Shown here: positions 1 through 13,552 of the stretch, piece by piece | Layout: each line of letters begins with the position of its first letter | Position numbering within the stretch: position 1 is the stretch's first letter | Assembly (NCBI RefSeq): GCF_006345805.1 | Contig: NC_043012.1 | Span: forward strand, 17,980,001-18,044,000 | Length of the DNA stretch: 64,000 nt | Reading direction: 5' to 3' | Origin: Octopus sinensis | Lineage: Eukaryota | Made by a program: the position numbers and the translations under genes | The notes under the pieces: model-generated | Database searches by the model: none | Seen by the model: only the letters and a program-made list of their open reading frames with translations | What the model was told of the DNA's origin: nothing

Positions 1-496
1 TCATTTAATCTAGGTGTGTTTGAAACATTAAACTCGTCGAAAGAATAACTTAGAAAAATACATCATTACAATGATAATATTCTACTTTCTTTCACCAAAA
101 ATGACAATTCAACAAGACTGTCACTTTTAATAAAGCTTCAAACTTTAACGAAAATTTATTTCTATTGTCTAAATGTTGACGTTTATATAAGCATCTTGAA
201 ACTCCTTTCAAAATTTCGATATAAGATAGCTTCTATCTCGACATTTTCATTTTCTATGTGTAGAAATGTAAGTTTATTTAATACGTACACTTTTCTTTAT
301 CAGCTGCATATTAAGCTGTCATGTTTACTGTCAAAATATTAGGTATAAAAGCTTCATTTATTCTTTCATGTTACTTAACGTCTCTCAATCAAATTCATCT
401 GATCGTTGTCCTTTTTTTCTTTCCAAACTCACGCTTCTCAAACACTTTTCTGTCATAAACAATAAGAATATTATCGTTGTCATGATAATTGGTGGT

Positions 497-808
497 ACCA
501 CCACCACCACCACCACCACCACCACCACCACCACCACCCTCATTATCGCTGCCATTTCCATTACATGCATGCTTATGTGTTCTAGAAGAAGGTTTGATTT
601 GCAGCATCTTGACTTCCCACCGTTCCGCAGACAAATATATAATTTCGGGTATGTATGTATGTATGTATCTATGTGTGTGTGTGTATATATACACATATGT
701 ATGTGTATATATATATATATACGTAGCTATGTCTATATATATATATACATATATATACATATATATATATGTGTGTGTATATATATATATACATATATGT
801 ATGTATAT

Positions 809-878
<70 letters not shown>

Positions 879-888
879 GTATGTATAC
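497..888. repeat. Compound microsatellite block: (ACC)n, then (TATG)n/(TA)n/(CA)n
   Basis: Directly visible: (ACC)n at ~497-538 and mixed TA/CA/TATG at ~650-888. It explains the poly-T/P/G and YI-repeat ORFs at 368-1141. Confidence 0.95.
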
Positions 889-889
889 A

Positions 890-1350
890 TGAATCTACTG
901 CATTTTCATCTTCGAAAACAGATGGAAGCCCTGTGCTTAATCTGGCGAATCGGGTGGCTGTAGAAGAGTTTTTGTCGAGAAACTCACGAGTGAGGAGAGG
1001 TCGGTGCAATATCCAGATGTTCGCGATCCACAAATCGGTCACTTTCGCCGAATGTCCTCCCTTAAATGCTTCAAAACGTCTCAGTAGAAATCTCAATTGA
1101 CGTCTGTCACCGGCCGACGAATTCTCTATGCACAATATCACATTTCCGGGAGTGATGCGCCAGGAAGTTCTTCCGGATCACTCATCATCTTCCAAGGATG
1201 TTCTTCCACTTTTAGAGCGCCCCTGCCACTTGAAACATTGCGCATGACCCATTGTAACGTAACCGTAAACTTGCTGAAGCATGCTCAACGTCTCTATAGC
1301 AGACTTCTCAAGTTTAACACCCTATTTAACAATGGCTCTTTGTCACAGAC
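890..1350 (-). mobile_element. Degenerate, internally deleted mariner (Tc1/mariner) transposase remnant
   Basis: Minus-strand translation gives QRAIVK*GVKLEKSAIETLSMLQQVYG..CFKWQGRSKSGRTSLEDDE*SGR (mariner N-terminal HTH), then IVHREFV, LREDIRRK*PDLW..WILH and [15 protein letters not shown] (YSPDLAP.DF motif). Stops and frameshifts throughout; no TIRs identified. Confidence 0.85.
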
Positions 1351-1628
1351 TATGACAAAATCGCAGACAAAATCGTCTGTTTGTGAATTAAGATAAATTC
1401 TTATTGAAGATAGAAAACAATCATAATTATCAGTAATTCTCCACAATAGATATTACATAAAAACAAATGCAGACTAACTGTCTTGAGACAAATGCAAATC
1501 TGTAAGTGCTATTTCTGCCACAATAGACGTCATAAGCACAGCTGCTGTTCTATATGTTTCGAACTGGCGAGTTATTTAGATATTTATAAAAATGAACAGA
1601 AAACATTTTTTGACTAATTTCTTTAGAT

Positions 1629-1769
1629 GTTATCATCATCATCATCATGATCATCATCATCATCATCGTCGTCGTCGTCGTCATCATCATCATCATCATC
1701 ATGATCATCACCATCATCATCATGATCATCATCATTATTATTATTATTATTATTATATTATTATTATTA

Positions 1770-1833
<64 letters not shown>

Positions 1834-1860
1834 ATTATTATTATTATTATTATTATTATT
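1629..1860. repeat. Compound trinucleotide microsatellite (ATC)n/(GTC)n/(ATT)n
   Basis: Directly visible; source of the poly-H/I/L/Y ORFs. Confidence 0.95.
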
Positions 1861-2450
1861 CTTTACATGCCTGCATCCATATTTTATTTGTATTCTCATA
1901 AAGGTGAGTGTTATTGACGACATAGCGACTACAAAATTCGGGAACGAAAACCATTCCTTCCATCGCCACCACAGTATCGAATTTTAAATAAGTGCTTCAT
2001 AGCATATACCACTTTAATCGAAATTATACACAGATACAGCAACGCTTGATTTAAATAACACACTTGGTTCGAGGGAAATATCAAGATGCCTGCATTTTTA
2101 AACCACCATAGTGCGTTTAAATTTCTTGTTCAAGTCGGATATCTATCGCTAAAGCCTACGATTAAATCTTGCACAAAAATAATTGCTATATAGCATATTG
2201 TGAGGCTACTTGCTAGTTCTACTATCAATGAGTACATTTCTGCTATCAGATACATGATTATTTTTACAGATAACAAAAAATGAAATTTATTAAAGACGGA
2301 ACCGAAGCTGTAACGTAATCCACTTTTCTCAAAGTTGTTAATGGATGAACGGAAGTGAAGTCACATCAATCGCAGATTGAACTAAACATGAGGACAAAAT
2401 TCCCAGCTACTTTGCTTTGCTAGATTGTTTTATGCCTGCACAGTATCCGT

Positions 2451-2532
<82 letters not shown>
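2451..2532. repeat. (CTA)n microsatellite
   Basis: Pure run of about 27 units. Confidence 0.95.
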
Positions 2533-2538
<6 letters not shown>

Positions 2539-3708
2539 AGACATTACACACACACACATGTATATAAAAGATTTGAATCTCTGTCAGTTAAAAATGTAAA
2601 CAAATTCTTCATGACTAATGCGTTGAGAAGTGGGAATCTCCCGATAGAGTTTTAGTCGTTTATTGACTGCATCTCAGAGAAGACCTGTCTCTTTTCCTAA
2701 TTAAATGGTTGCAAGATCTTCTATATAAGGCAGTCTTAAATTAGAATTATCTTCATTGTGTTATTTACTTATCTGTTAAAATACTAGTTAGATCTTTCTC
2801 GTATGACATCCAACATTATAAAAAATAGATCTGCTGTAACTTGGACATATATGACTATTATATATGTGGTTATAGCTCTACTATCAGGGATAGCCTGGTT
2901 TTAAAATATAAAACAAAGCTCACAAAATATTTATTTAGATTTTGTTATGAAATTTCGTGAATATATTTCTCCTAAAATTGAGAATGGAATTACGTTGTAG
3001 TTAATATGCAATTTCATTCGAAAAAATAGTTGTTCAATTGCATTTTCTATACGAAAATAAATAATCTATATTCATTACATTGCATTTTACTTAACATCTT
3101 TAGAATTCACTGTCATTGATAATGCGTTCTTGGTAATCTGAGGCTATAAGCTTTACGGCTAAGAATTCTTTCCTTGAAACCATTTTGCTACATGCTTCAC
3201 AGCGAGTGCTTCGGTAACTTAGGCAATGGTTTCTAACCTGGTTACGTGTCCCCCAAATCCATGTCCATGTAAATTGTAAGAGGGAAACTGTGCAAAGAGA
3301 AGTATATACCTGAAGCATATGTAAGCCTATAACAGATAAAAAAAAATGAATTAATGAATGCATGTAACCTATTATTTCCCTTCATTTTACGCACCACTCT
3401 GTAAAATCGAGCAAACTTGACTGGGTAATTGAACCGTGGATTTACAAATCTGAGCTGTGATGGATTTTGATTTCAGATTAAGAGTACAATACAGATCGCC
3501 AGAAATTTTAGTTAGCCTGTTGTAATTTTATTTGCAGATAGCTTTAAGAAGTATTTCGCCTGGATTATTAACCCCTTTATTAATCTCTCTTTATTCTGAC
3601 ATATACATAGATATATACGGGCGTGTATGAGTGTATGTATTTCTCTGCCCCCCACCCTGTCTGGCTATTTCTCTGTCTCTCTCCATATGTATGTATATAT
3701 ATATATAT

Positions 3709-3765
<57 letters not shown>

Positions 3766-4558
3766 GAAATAGAAGGATAGGTCGATACAGATAAATAGAT
3801 AGACAGATACATAGAGTTGAATCCCGTTTCGCAAGCTAAATGTAAACTTCGCCTTTCGACAGATATCCATTAAATAAACACTAGACTGAAAGAAAATATC
3901 AAGATCAAAATGGTCGACTTTGTGACCTGACGATGATAGTCTAGTATGACTGCTCAGAAACGACTGTAACTAAAGCCTGAACATTAGAGCAAAAATCTGT
4001 TTTCTGTTCCACCATTATTGTTGAAGAGGGTTTGTAATCTAACGAGTGAACACAAAACTTTGGTTACTGAATGCGTAATATAGGCTATAAAATTGCTTAA
4101 CGAATGTAGTTAGGATATTACGAACATTTATGTGAAGATTTTATGGACTTAGTACACATATGGTACTTAATCCCATCCTGATCACAGTTGTATATTTGGT
4201 AATATAAATACCAGGAATATATCTACATCCCCTATCTTTATAATTAACTTTATCATAAGATTCAGGTCTTAAGATTTCACATGTGAATTATAAACACTTA
4301 ATTTCATTTTAGAATCTCTTTTTTATGTCTAAATTAAACCTCTTGGTTGATAACGAATACTGCATGTTTCTATATTTTACTATCTATACATTTAGAATAT
4401 ATCGTATTAATGCTCACCAAATGCTTCTAAGATAGTTTAAATACACAAATATACTGTATTAACATTTCTATGCATAGTATTTAAATTGTGAAATCTATTC
4501 AAGTATCAACTTAACTACAGCTAAGATATAAATATTAACCTAGTCAACAACATGTAAC

Positions 4559-4619
<61 letters not shown>

Positions 4620-4694
4620 CAATAATAACAATAGTAGCAGTAGTAGCAGCAACAGTAGTAGTAGTAGTTGTGGTAGTAGTAGTTGTAGTAGTCA

Positions 4695-5240
4695 GTGAGG
4701 AGAGTAGACGTGATACCAATAGTAACTGTCGCAGTATTCAGCTGTATGACAAAGAGAAAGATTTTGTTATGTGCCAAGGATCCTGATAAGGGAAATGTTG
4801 CATCCAAGTTTAGACTTATAGCGTGCCTTCCAATAAAGTGGAAACTAATTTCAGGTGCGTTGGCCGGTGATCTGTATAGATACAAAAGTGTGCTCCTATC
4901 TATTGAACAAAATGTGTGCCGAAAGAGGAGCCGGAGAACAATGGATTAGCCCTTAATTGATAATCTGCTTATCAGGAACTGCAAAAGAAGACACACAAAG
5001 GTGAGTATGGTATGGTATGGTTTGACTATCGTAAAGCACACTCCTGGATTATGAGAATAGTGGTAATGTATGGAACAGCAGAATATACGGGAAACCTTAT
5101 ACGGGATAGCATGCAGTGCTGGAGAACGGAATTGAGGGCAGGAATCCAAAATCAATAGAGAAATCTTCCAGAGGGACAGTTTATCCTCACTGATCTTCGT
5201 GCAGTCAATGAGATGAGCTGCGGAGAGACGTGCCGTTCGA
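4695..5240 (+). mobile_element. R4/Dong-like (RLE-type non-LTR) reverse transcriptase pseudogene fragment, copy 1 of a tandem duplication
   Basis: KILLCAKDPDKGNVASKFRLIACLPIKWKLISG..EQNVCRKRSRRTMD*PLIDNLLIRNCKRRHTK resembles RT domains 1-3 of RLE LINEs (PKDPEKGN..NYRPITCLP..WKLL; EQKGC....RG.KDQLLID). Confidence 0.85.
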
Positions 5241-5274
5241 AAGACGCCCACACAAGTTAATAATAATAATAAAC

Positions 5275-5317
<43 letters not shown>

Positions 5318-5395
5318 CAATAATAAAAATAATAGTAGCAGTAGTAGCAGCAGCAGTAGTAGTAGTAGCTGTGGTAGTAGTAGTTGTAGTAGTCA

Positions 5396-5970
5396 GTGAG
5401 GAGAGTAGACGTGTTACCAATAGTAACTGCCGAAGTATTCAGCTGTATGACAAAGAGAAAGATTTTGTTATGTGCCAAGGATCCTGATAAGGGAAATGTT
5501 GCATCCAAGTTTAGACTTATAGCGTGCCTTCCAATAAAGTGGAAACTAATTTCAGGTGCGTTGGCCGGTGAACTGTATAGATACATGGACAAAAGTGTGC
5601 TCCTATCTATTGAACAAAATGTGTTCCGAAAGAGGAGCTGGAGAACAGTGGATTAGCCCTTAATTGATAATCTGCTTATCAGGAACTGCAATAGAAGACA
5701 CAGAAAGCTGAGCATGGTATGGTTTGACTATCGTAAAGCATACGATATGACAGCACACTCCTGGATAATGAGAATAGTGGTAATGTATGGAACAGCAGAA
5801 TATATGGGAAGCCTTATACGGAATAGCATGAAGTGCTGGAGAACGGAATTGAGGGCAGGAACCCAAGTACCAGAAGAGAAAATCAATAGAGAAATCTTCC
5901 AGAGGGACAGTTTGTCCTCACTGATGTTCGTGCAGTCAATGAGATGAGCTGCGGAGAGACGTGCCGCACG
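5396..5970 (+). mobile_element. R4/Dong-like reverse transcriptase pseudogene fragment, copy 2
   Basis: Same sequence as copy 1 but more intact: LSMVWFDYRKAYDMTAHSWIMRIVVMYG...REIFQRDSLSSLMFV (WIDYKKAYD.VPHSW and GIFQGDSLSPL motifs). Confidence 0.88.
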
Positions 5971-5988
5971 AAAGACGCCCACACAAGT

Positions 5989-6315
<327 letters not shown>

Positions 6316-6319
6316 GCCA

Positions 6320-6800
6320 TGATGCAGTAACAGGCAGTAGCTCTCATGGCTTCTGATCTTAACTGATTGGAAGTGTCATCATGTACATTGTTTTGTCTCG
6401 GTATGAAAGATGGGCTACAGCAAATATTCTGCTGAAAACCCCAGATTTGCTTGTCAGTTGTTTGACTTTAACCACTTGACTGTGTCCCTTAGTGGCTGAC
6501 GATATGTGCATCTTTGATCATGAGCAGAAGTAGGGGGGGGATCATAGACGTTTGTTGAAAGGATTTCTTAGAGGTATGGACAATTCACCTTTGGAAACAT
6601 GGGTGTTTCGTTTAACATCATTAAACAATCCTTATTTAGAGACCTTTTGATCGGGATGGTCTACTCGACCAGTAGAAAATTGTAACTGGGCTTCACCTGC
6701 AATGTCATGCGCTGTTTATCTTGATATGAGATCACGCACATATGCTGGTGATGTATGTGCCTGGTGTACCCTTATCAGACTGGGAACAGTGTGCAAGCGT
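6320..6800. mobile_element. Interspersed repeat of unclear class (octopus-type)
   Basis: GGCAGTAGCTCTCATGGCTTCTGATCTTAACTGATTGGAAGTG...GGTGTACCCTTATCAGAC resembles an abundant octopus repeat as I recall it. Only one copy is in the window, so the class cannot be assigned. Confidence 0.4.
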
Positions 6801-7089
6801 TGGTGATGGCGACGAAAACAAATACTAATATAAATAACCCCCCCCCCAAAAAAAAAAAAAATTTAAGTTAAAGAAATAAAATAAATGTATACCTGAAGCT
6901 AGACAAGACGTGAGCATAAGTAACGCAACGGAAAATGTCCTATAGGACTAGAAAGGTGAATGGAGATTTTTAAAAAACCGAACAGGGAAAACGAATACAA
7001 AGATTTAAGTAGAGAACGTGGGAGGCCATGAATAAAAATGACTGAACATGCCAGTAGTCAACGCTGAAAAGACTTTGAAACGGGAGTAG

Positions 7090-7365
7090 TCACGGGTCAC
7101 GTGGTTGCGGGAAGAGACAGAAACGTGGAGGGCAGAAAGACAGAGGAAGTCTGTCAGGTAAGATGGGGAGAGAAAAAAGTCGAGAGAGGGAAAGAAAAGA
7201 AAGAATAAAGGAAAAAAATGACGTCGCACAAGCAAATTTGGACTTCAGGGTGGCAAAGAAAAGTTAGGTGCATGACGTCACAATAAATGATAAGTTGCAC
7301 AAATTAAACAGAAGCATAACAAGGAGCGAGCGGAAGCTTCGCACACAAGACATGCGCATGCTCTG
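7090..7365. promoter_or_regulatory. Putative promoter-like motif cluster (E-box/CLEAR, CRE, ETS, NRF1-like) with a nearby 5' splice site
   Basis: GGTCACGTGG 7095-7104; CAG|GTAAGA with GT at 7158; TGACGTCG 7219-7226; perfect CRE TGACGTCA 7273-7280; CGGAAG 7331-7336; TGCGCATGC 7353-7361. The DNA is unique and CpG-enriched. Confidence 0.35.
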
Positions 7366-10300
7366 TTCTCGTCAGTTATCGACCAGAAAATTATTACAAT
7401 TTCTCGCCTTTGACGATAGCATTGTTCATTTTGGGTGGCATCAACTGATGGGAGTAATGGGCAAACGCCGAAGAGAGTGACTAAAACAACATTCATACAT
7501 ACATATCCACACACACGACCCATAACTCAATCATGCTGCATAGCAATTCATTTTCACCAACATTATGGGAGTTCTAGCTAGCTCACAAGTCAGAGATCTA
7601 TCAGTTTTATACTGTTTATTCGTAGCTATACACATGTAATCTTTCCGAAACAGTTAGGCGTGGAGCTGAAATCACAATTTTACATATGGATTTCCAGTTT
7701 CTTCACACATCAAACTCTATTTCGTAAGTCTCAAAATTTGGACGGCTGAAGCTGTGCAAAACAACGAAGACTACAATTTCAAAAGAATCTTAGTTATTTT
7801 CGAAACGCGAATGATGTTAATCCAACTTGCAACCCATGTGAGAACACTATCATGCGTGAAAAGAAGCCTACTTAACGTCACGGTCCTTAAACCGTTGCTT
7901 TCCTCCTATAATTCAAACTGATCTTTCTGCTTAGTTGCCAAAAGAATTACCATCAACTTTACTATGGAATGTATGCCAATATGTATAACTGATTTATATC
8001 AATCGTTAGGACTATCTAGTCTCTTAGCAGTGTCTCCATAGAGAGACATTGGATTCAAGTTAAAATACCGCCGCAGGATTGAAACTACTACCGTGTCTCC
8101 TCCATTTTCTTTCCACACTATAAACAGGAGAGGTTTCTACGCATGCATTACGTACATTTTTCTAAATAGACATCTATTGCATAAAATGGTTAAAATATCT
8201 CTATTATTCTCTCTATACATGCACATACTACACATATGTTTGTTGTGTACGTTTTGCTTGTATATATATATATATATATATATAATCAGCAAGGAAACAG
8301 TAAAACTTTGTGAGTATAAAACAGAAGAAAACAGAAAAAGTTAAGGGAAATTAATATGTGCCGAGTTAGATTATTAGAATACGTGATTAGGGACATTTGT
8401 ATAATTTGCATCAAAAGCAATATACTTAAACGTTATCACTCAAGTGATCTGGAAATTATAATGAAAGGCGCAGAATAGGATAAACAATATGAGCTTGGAG
8501 AAAAGGAAATTGATAATCTGTGGGATAGAACGTAAGGATGAAAGAAAGATCTAGCGCTCTTTTAATTACAAATGGCTTTTGCATGAAAAAATATGCTACT
8601 ATGTTTGCAAGTTCTATCAAATTTACCATAACCTTTTGGCATTTCTATTCTTTTTTCCTAAGATTTCCAATCAATAAACGAAGCAAATATATCCATACAT
8701 CAGATGCCTTTTACTCTGCGCCATGTTTATGTGTTTTTTTTTGTTTTTTTTGTATTCTTCCTCCAATTTGAAATGCAAATTATTACTAATGAAGCAAATG
8801 AACTTTTTAATTTAGTAGTTGAAAATGTATTCATCGCTTCACGTTCATTAGTTTGTTTTTGTCATTACGACTGAGGCCATGCTGGAGCACGATCTTCAAA
8901 TGTATTGTATTAATTATTAGCTTTACAACCTGTCTGACTATCGAAGGATGTATGAGTATGCGTCTGGTGCTCTGAAAAAGTTTTGAATCCAAGAATTCTC
9001 GAGTATTCTTTCTCATTATTTGATAACATTTTCTCACTTCACTTTATGCAAATATCAATTAATTTCTGTTCTTCAATGATTTCAGATTAATATTCTCTCT
9101 ATTTCTTTTTCTTTCCCCACTATCTCGTTAATTATTTCTTGTCAGTTAGCTTCAGGTCGGCTCTTTTGCGCCGTAGCTATGATGATCGGCATTCCAAAAG
9201 AGGCAATGTCTTGTTATTCACACGGACAGCACTCTGACGATCACGCGATCGAAATTGTTCTCGCCCAGACGTAATATTGTGATTTGGGGGACAATTCCGT
9301 GTTAGTTCTAGTAGATAAAACGACCGCATAACTGTGATCTACTTGTAGCAAAGGAGCACATAGGGAACCTAACTTAATAATTTTTTTCTCATTTTTTCTT
9401 TTTAGTTTCAGCTGAGAGTTGCGGCCATGCTGATGCACTGCCGTACACATTATATATATATATATTGAAGTATATATTTATTTCTCATTCAACTTGTAAT
9501 TTATCAGTTCAACAGTGAGAACAACACCGTAGCGACATCAAGTTTCACCGCAGATACTGCATAATGTTTGAAACATTCGAGCATGTTCGTTGCATTGCAT
9601 CTTTCGCTTTCTGAACGTTGTTAATAAAGATTTATAATTTTTCATCAATTGTATTTTGAATAATTTCCTTCTTTCCCAAACCGATTGATAGATAGGTAAA
9701 AATATAAATGCATGGAGAACACGTACTCTAATTCTAATGCTGGTGGTATTGTGATGCGCAACAAAGTAACAAATGCAGCAAGAAATCTGTTGTCACTTTT
9801 GCGCCCCTGATCAGCTCGAATTGGGCAGGTTTGCATGCAGCACCCTCATGAAGCTGTCTTTTTCTATATTTAAATCTATACGATTATGATTTAATATTTC
9901 CTTCCTGGTGTTAGTAAACAGTATGAAATGAAGAATTATGACTTCTTATTTATCTGCTAAGGAAACATCCTAAAGGTGATCACGCACTGTCTTGTGTAAA
10001 CTTTCTTTCTCGGGTTGATAGTATGACACTTCAATGAAACCCATACTACGTTACAAAACGGATGTACGCTGGATGGTTCATTCTTCAAATTTCCAGAAAA
10101 TTGATGCTTATGGCAGAAGCGGCACATCTTGACATATTTCAAAAAAGTTGCTGAATGGGGCCTGATTAAATGCATCATGAATTCACAAATCAAAAATGTA
10201 GCGCTTTAACATTCCGCTGAGGACGACTACACCGCATTTTACGAATTTAAATTACTTTGCACATACATAGTGCATATTTATCTAAGGTGGATAATTACAT

Positions 10301-10435
10301 TTCGATATATTTATTTTCTCTTTTAAGCGATGGTTATATTGATATCAGTTGAAGACGTCCTATTGACTGTTATGCTACACATTATCAGAAAAGATGTGAA
10401 TTTCGAGAATTTTACTGTTCTATATTTAAGAGACG

Positions 10436-10705
10436 GGCAGATGGTGTAGTGGTTAAGATCACGGGCTACTAACCCCAAGATTCCGAGTTCGATTCCTGAC
10501 AGTGAACAGAATAATAATAATAATAACAACAACAACAATAATAATGATAATAATAATAATAACAACATCGAAAAATAACTTAGGAATGAGAACCCATGTT
10601 CGAAATTTCCCCAAGACATCTCATGAAAGCTGGAGGGTATATCAGCCGTGTTAACAACAAACACGATGAGGACAATTATCAGTCAAATGTAAACAACGTA
10701 AATAC
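10436..10705 (+). mobile_element. tRNA-headed SINE with PLE-type tail; hammerhead decayed (copy 1)
   Basis: A box TGGTGTAGTGG 10442-10452 and B box GTTCGATTC 10487-10495, then an (AAT/AAC)n linker and a tail homologous to 14070-14219. The HHR core reads CTCATGA and the AAACGTTG segment is deleted. Confidence 0.85.
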
Positions 10706-10984
10706 TGTTCGAGAATTTTGACTTATATTCAAATATGTTGGGTTAACATTGCACTATTTCCAGCATATATAACATTGGTGAATTTACATTTTCATTTATA
10801 TATTGTGGTTCAAGACGACTGATTTGTTTTGGTCGAAAGGAATGCAAATCTTGTACAGCTATCACACACCCACAAACACACAGACATATGGGGTCATCGT
10901 TTTGGGATAACCGATACTTTATTATCTCCCCTTCATCCTAGCACTCCTGTGTGACCCCTCCGTCTGGCATTCGCCATGATAGAT

Positions 10985-11150
10985 AGCTAGCCACTAAACC
11001 TTTTCTATTACCTCTCCTTGTTTATTTCTGTGTTCCTTTCTGTCGAAGAGCGTAGACCCGAAGAGACTTTCTCACTTCCCGAGCGTTAAACTAATACATC
11101 TGTTTGTTGTTTACACACAAGCCTTCGCCTTGTGTTTTTTGTAAATTCTC
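10985..11150 (+). mobile_element. Degenerate PLE pseudo-LTR-like fragment with hammerhead relic
   Basis: CTTT-CTGTCGA-A-GAGC-GTAG-ACCC-GAA at ~11036-11062 has the hammerhead layout with a variant core and damaged stem II. The element is followed by (TA)/(TG) repeats. Confidence 0.45.
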
Positions 11151-11303
11151 ACTATATATATATACATGTGCGTGTGTGTGTGTGTGTGTGTACCTTAAAA
11201 TGTGAATTCCTTTAGTCTATAGAACATGCTTGTCAATTTATATCGTTCTACATCTGGTTTCTGAATACGTTTGGTGGATTTTTGCTTTATGAATCATGCC
11301 TGG

Positions 11304-11384
<81 letters not shown>

Positions 11385-13069
11385 ATATAAGTTATGTATA
11401 TATGCCTGTGTGTGTATGTGTTTATGTATTAATGTGAGTAAAGAGTTTGTCGTGAGGTAACTCCTCTCTTGTGCAAATTTTCTTTGAAATGGAATTACAT
11501 GAACCATTCGAAATTTGGTGTTCCAACTATTTGCTAGTTTTCAACTACTCGTTAGTGTCGGCATAAGATCTATCAAAACCTTTATTCTACCGTTAAATGC
11601 AGAAGTTACCGGCGCTTTGTACGCAGCCATAAATATACAGAATAGCGTGATATGTGTTTGCAAATGCAAGGGATAATAGAATGCAAATATACATACACAC
11701 AAACAAACATACACACAGATATCTTTTGGACTTTGTACTTGTGTCCATGTATGCATTTGGAAATTTTTGTGAGAGTATTTTGTGTGATTTTTTGTACATA
11801 TAGTATTGAATCTAAATACTGCAATAATTTTGTGAGTTGATCACACAGAAGATACTCGTTAAAATAATCGGTTTCTAAAATGATGTTATATTACCCAGAA
11901 ATCCACGTTTATCTCTCTCTTATCAGGAATGAAAGAAAAAGAATGGCAAAAGGATTTGGTATATAAAACATTACACGGAGTACCAAAATCACTGGCTGAT
12001 ATTTTACTGCTGATATTATAGACATAATTTACGCTATCTTTTACTAGCAACGATAAAAGTAAGTAAAATACATTTTAGAGAAAGAGTATCTGTTTCAGTA
12101 ATAAGGTCCTACAAAGCTTTGTTCTGAGTTATCAAATCGAGAAGCCCACCAAAAAGAATAGGAAAAAAATAATCAAGAAAACTTCTTTAAAGATATTCCT
12201 CATAAAATATACTAAACGCCATGTACATGCTACACGAGGAACGTAATCTATGAAATAGTATAACCAGAGCAGACATGAATTTTATTTTTACAAAGCCAAA
12301 GAATGATTTACATGTTTATTGCATCTTTTAGCTATTGCAATGGATTTCATTGTCTTGATTTATGCTGTATCTGTGCATACGGATATATGAAACAAACATA
12401 AAGGAAGATGATGTGTTTGTTCAGGGAAGTAAATCCGACCATCTTTGAACTGGAGCAGCATCTTATTTCCTGAAAATTTTCCTTACCTATAATATATATA
12501 TAGTAGAAAGCGAAATCACAAATCTCTTTTGGTTTTCATCTCACAGGAAAATATATAATTTTACTAGGAAGAAGCAAATGTTTATTATTATACATCAACA
12601 AAATGCGTGACAAAAAAGTCATATTTTACCAGAATATAGAGACAGTTTATTACATAATATATGATGTAGGGTGTGTGGAAACTGTAGTTACAGAACCAGT
12701 TAAATGATGGGCAAAGCTATCTGCAAGATTTACTTGTCAGATAACAGTATTCGGTTCAACCAACAAATCGAGCCTCTGAGGTAGTCTCTACAGGGTTATA
12801 CGACGGGCTTGAAATAATAATCATCTCTCACGTCACACCTAAACTTAGTAGGAAAGAACATATCATAGAATATGGTTCTGAATTACCTGCCAATAGAAAA
12901 TAGCCAGGTCGATCACTCTGTTCACACGATTCCTTCATCAAATGGAACCTACTACTAAGTAGGAAGAGCAGCACCAACGAGGAAATTGTATTTTGCGATC
13001 ATTCGTCCGGCTAGAATCTGATTCAGACCAGATTCTACTCTCTTTAAAAGAAGAGGAAACATACTATAA

Positions 13070-13385
13070 TAGTTGGAGCACTCCGTCGGTTTCGACGATG
13101 AGGGTCCCAGCTGATACGATCAACGGAACAGCTTGCTCGTGATATTAACGTGCAAGTGGCTGAGCACTCCACAGACACGTGTACCCTTAACGTAGTTCTC
13201 GAGGAGATTCATCGTGACACAGAGAGTGACAAGGCCGGCCCTTTGAAATACAAGTACAAGAGAAACAGGAAGAAAGAGTGAGAGAAAGTTGTGGTGAAAG
13301 AGTACAGCAGGGTTCACCACCAGCCCCTGTCGGAGCCTCGTGGAGCTTTAGGTGTTTTCGCTCAATAAAGACTCACAATGCCCAA
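13070..13385 (-). mobile_element. SINE body (octopus-type family), tRNA head truncated
   Basis: GTTGGAGCACTCCGTCGG...GTGCAAGTGGCTGAGCACTCCACAGACACGTGTACCCTTAACGTAGTTCTC...GGAGCCTCGTGGAGCTTTAGGTGTTTTCGCTCAATAAA matches a common octopus SINE as I recall it. Confidence 0.6.
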
Positions 13386-13552
13386 ACGTACTATAATATA
13401 GTCCTAGCCAATGATAAATGCTTTACGCATCTAGGACTGACTTGGGGTGAAAATATGGAATTAGTACCATTGTTTTCAAAGTAGATTATTGATTTCACCA
13501 TTTCATCGCTACTTTGCTAAATTTGTAGATTTCTATATTTAAGCTATGAAGA

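Noticed and set aside
368-1141. Long ORFs of 174-248 aa
   Set aside because: They are read through ACC/TA/CA microsatellites plus mariner debris. The same applies to all YI-, HT-, CV- and poly-I/N/H ORFs in the track.
1904-1909. Perfect donor AAG|GTGAGT
   Set aside because: The upstream sequence is an (ATT)n microsatellite with no plausible acceptor or exon.
3100-3300. Minus-strand acceptor CTTCTCTTTGCACAG| and an 87-aa ORF
   Set aside because: No recognisable product, and GCAATGGTTTCTAACCT resembles a hAT/MITE terminus, which explains the GC patch more simply.
9230-9265. CTGACGA...GAAA resembling a hammerhead
   Set aside because: Stem II does not close next to GAAA and no stem I pairing exists.
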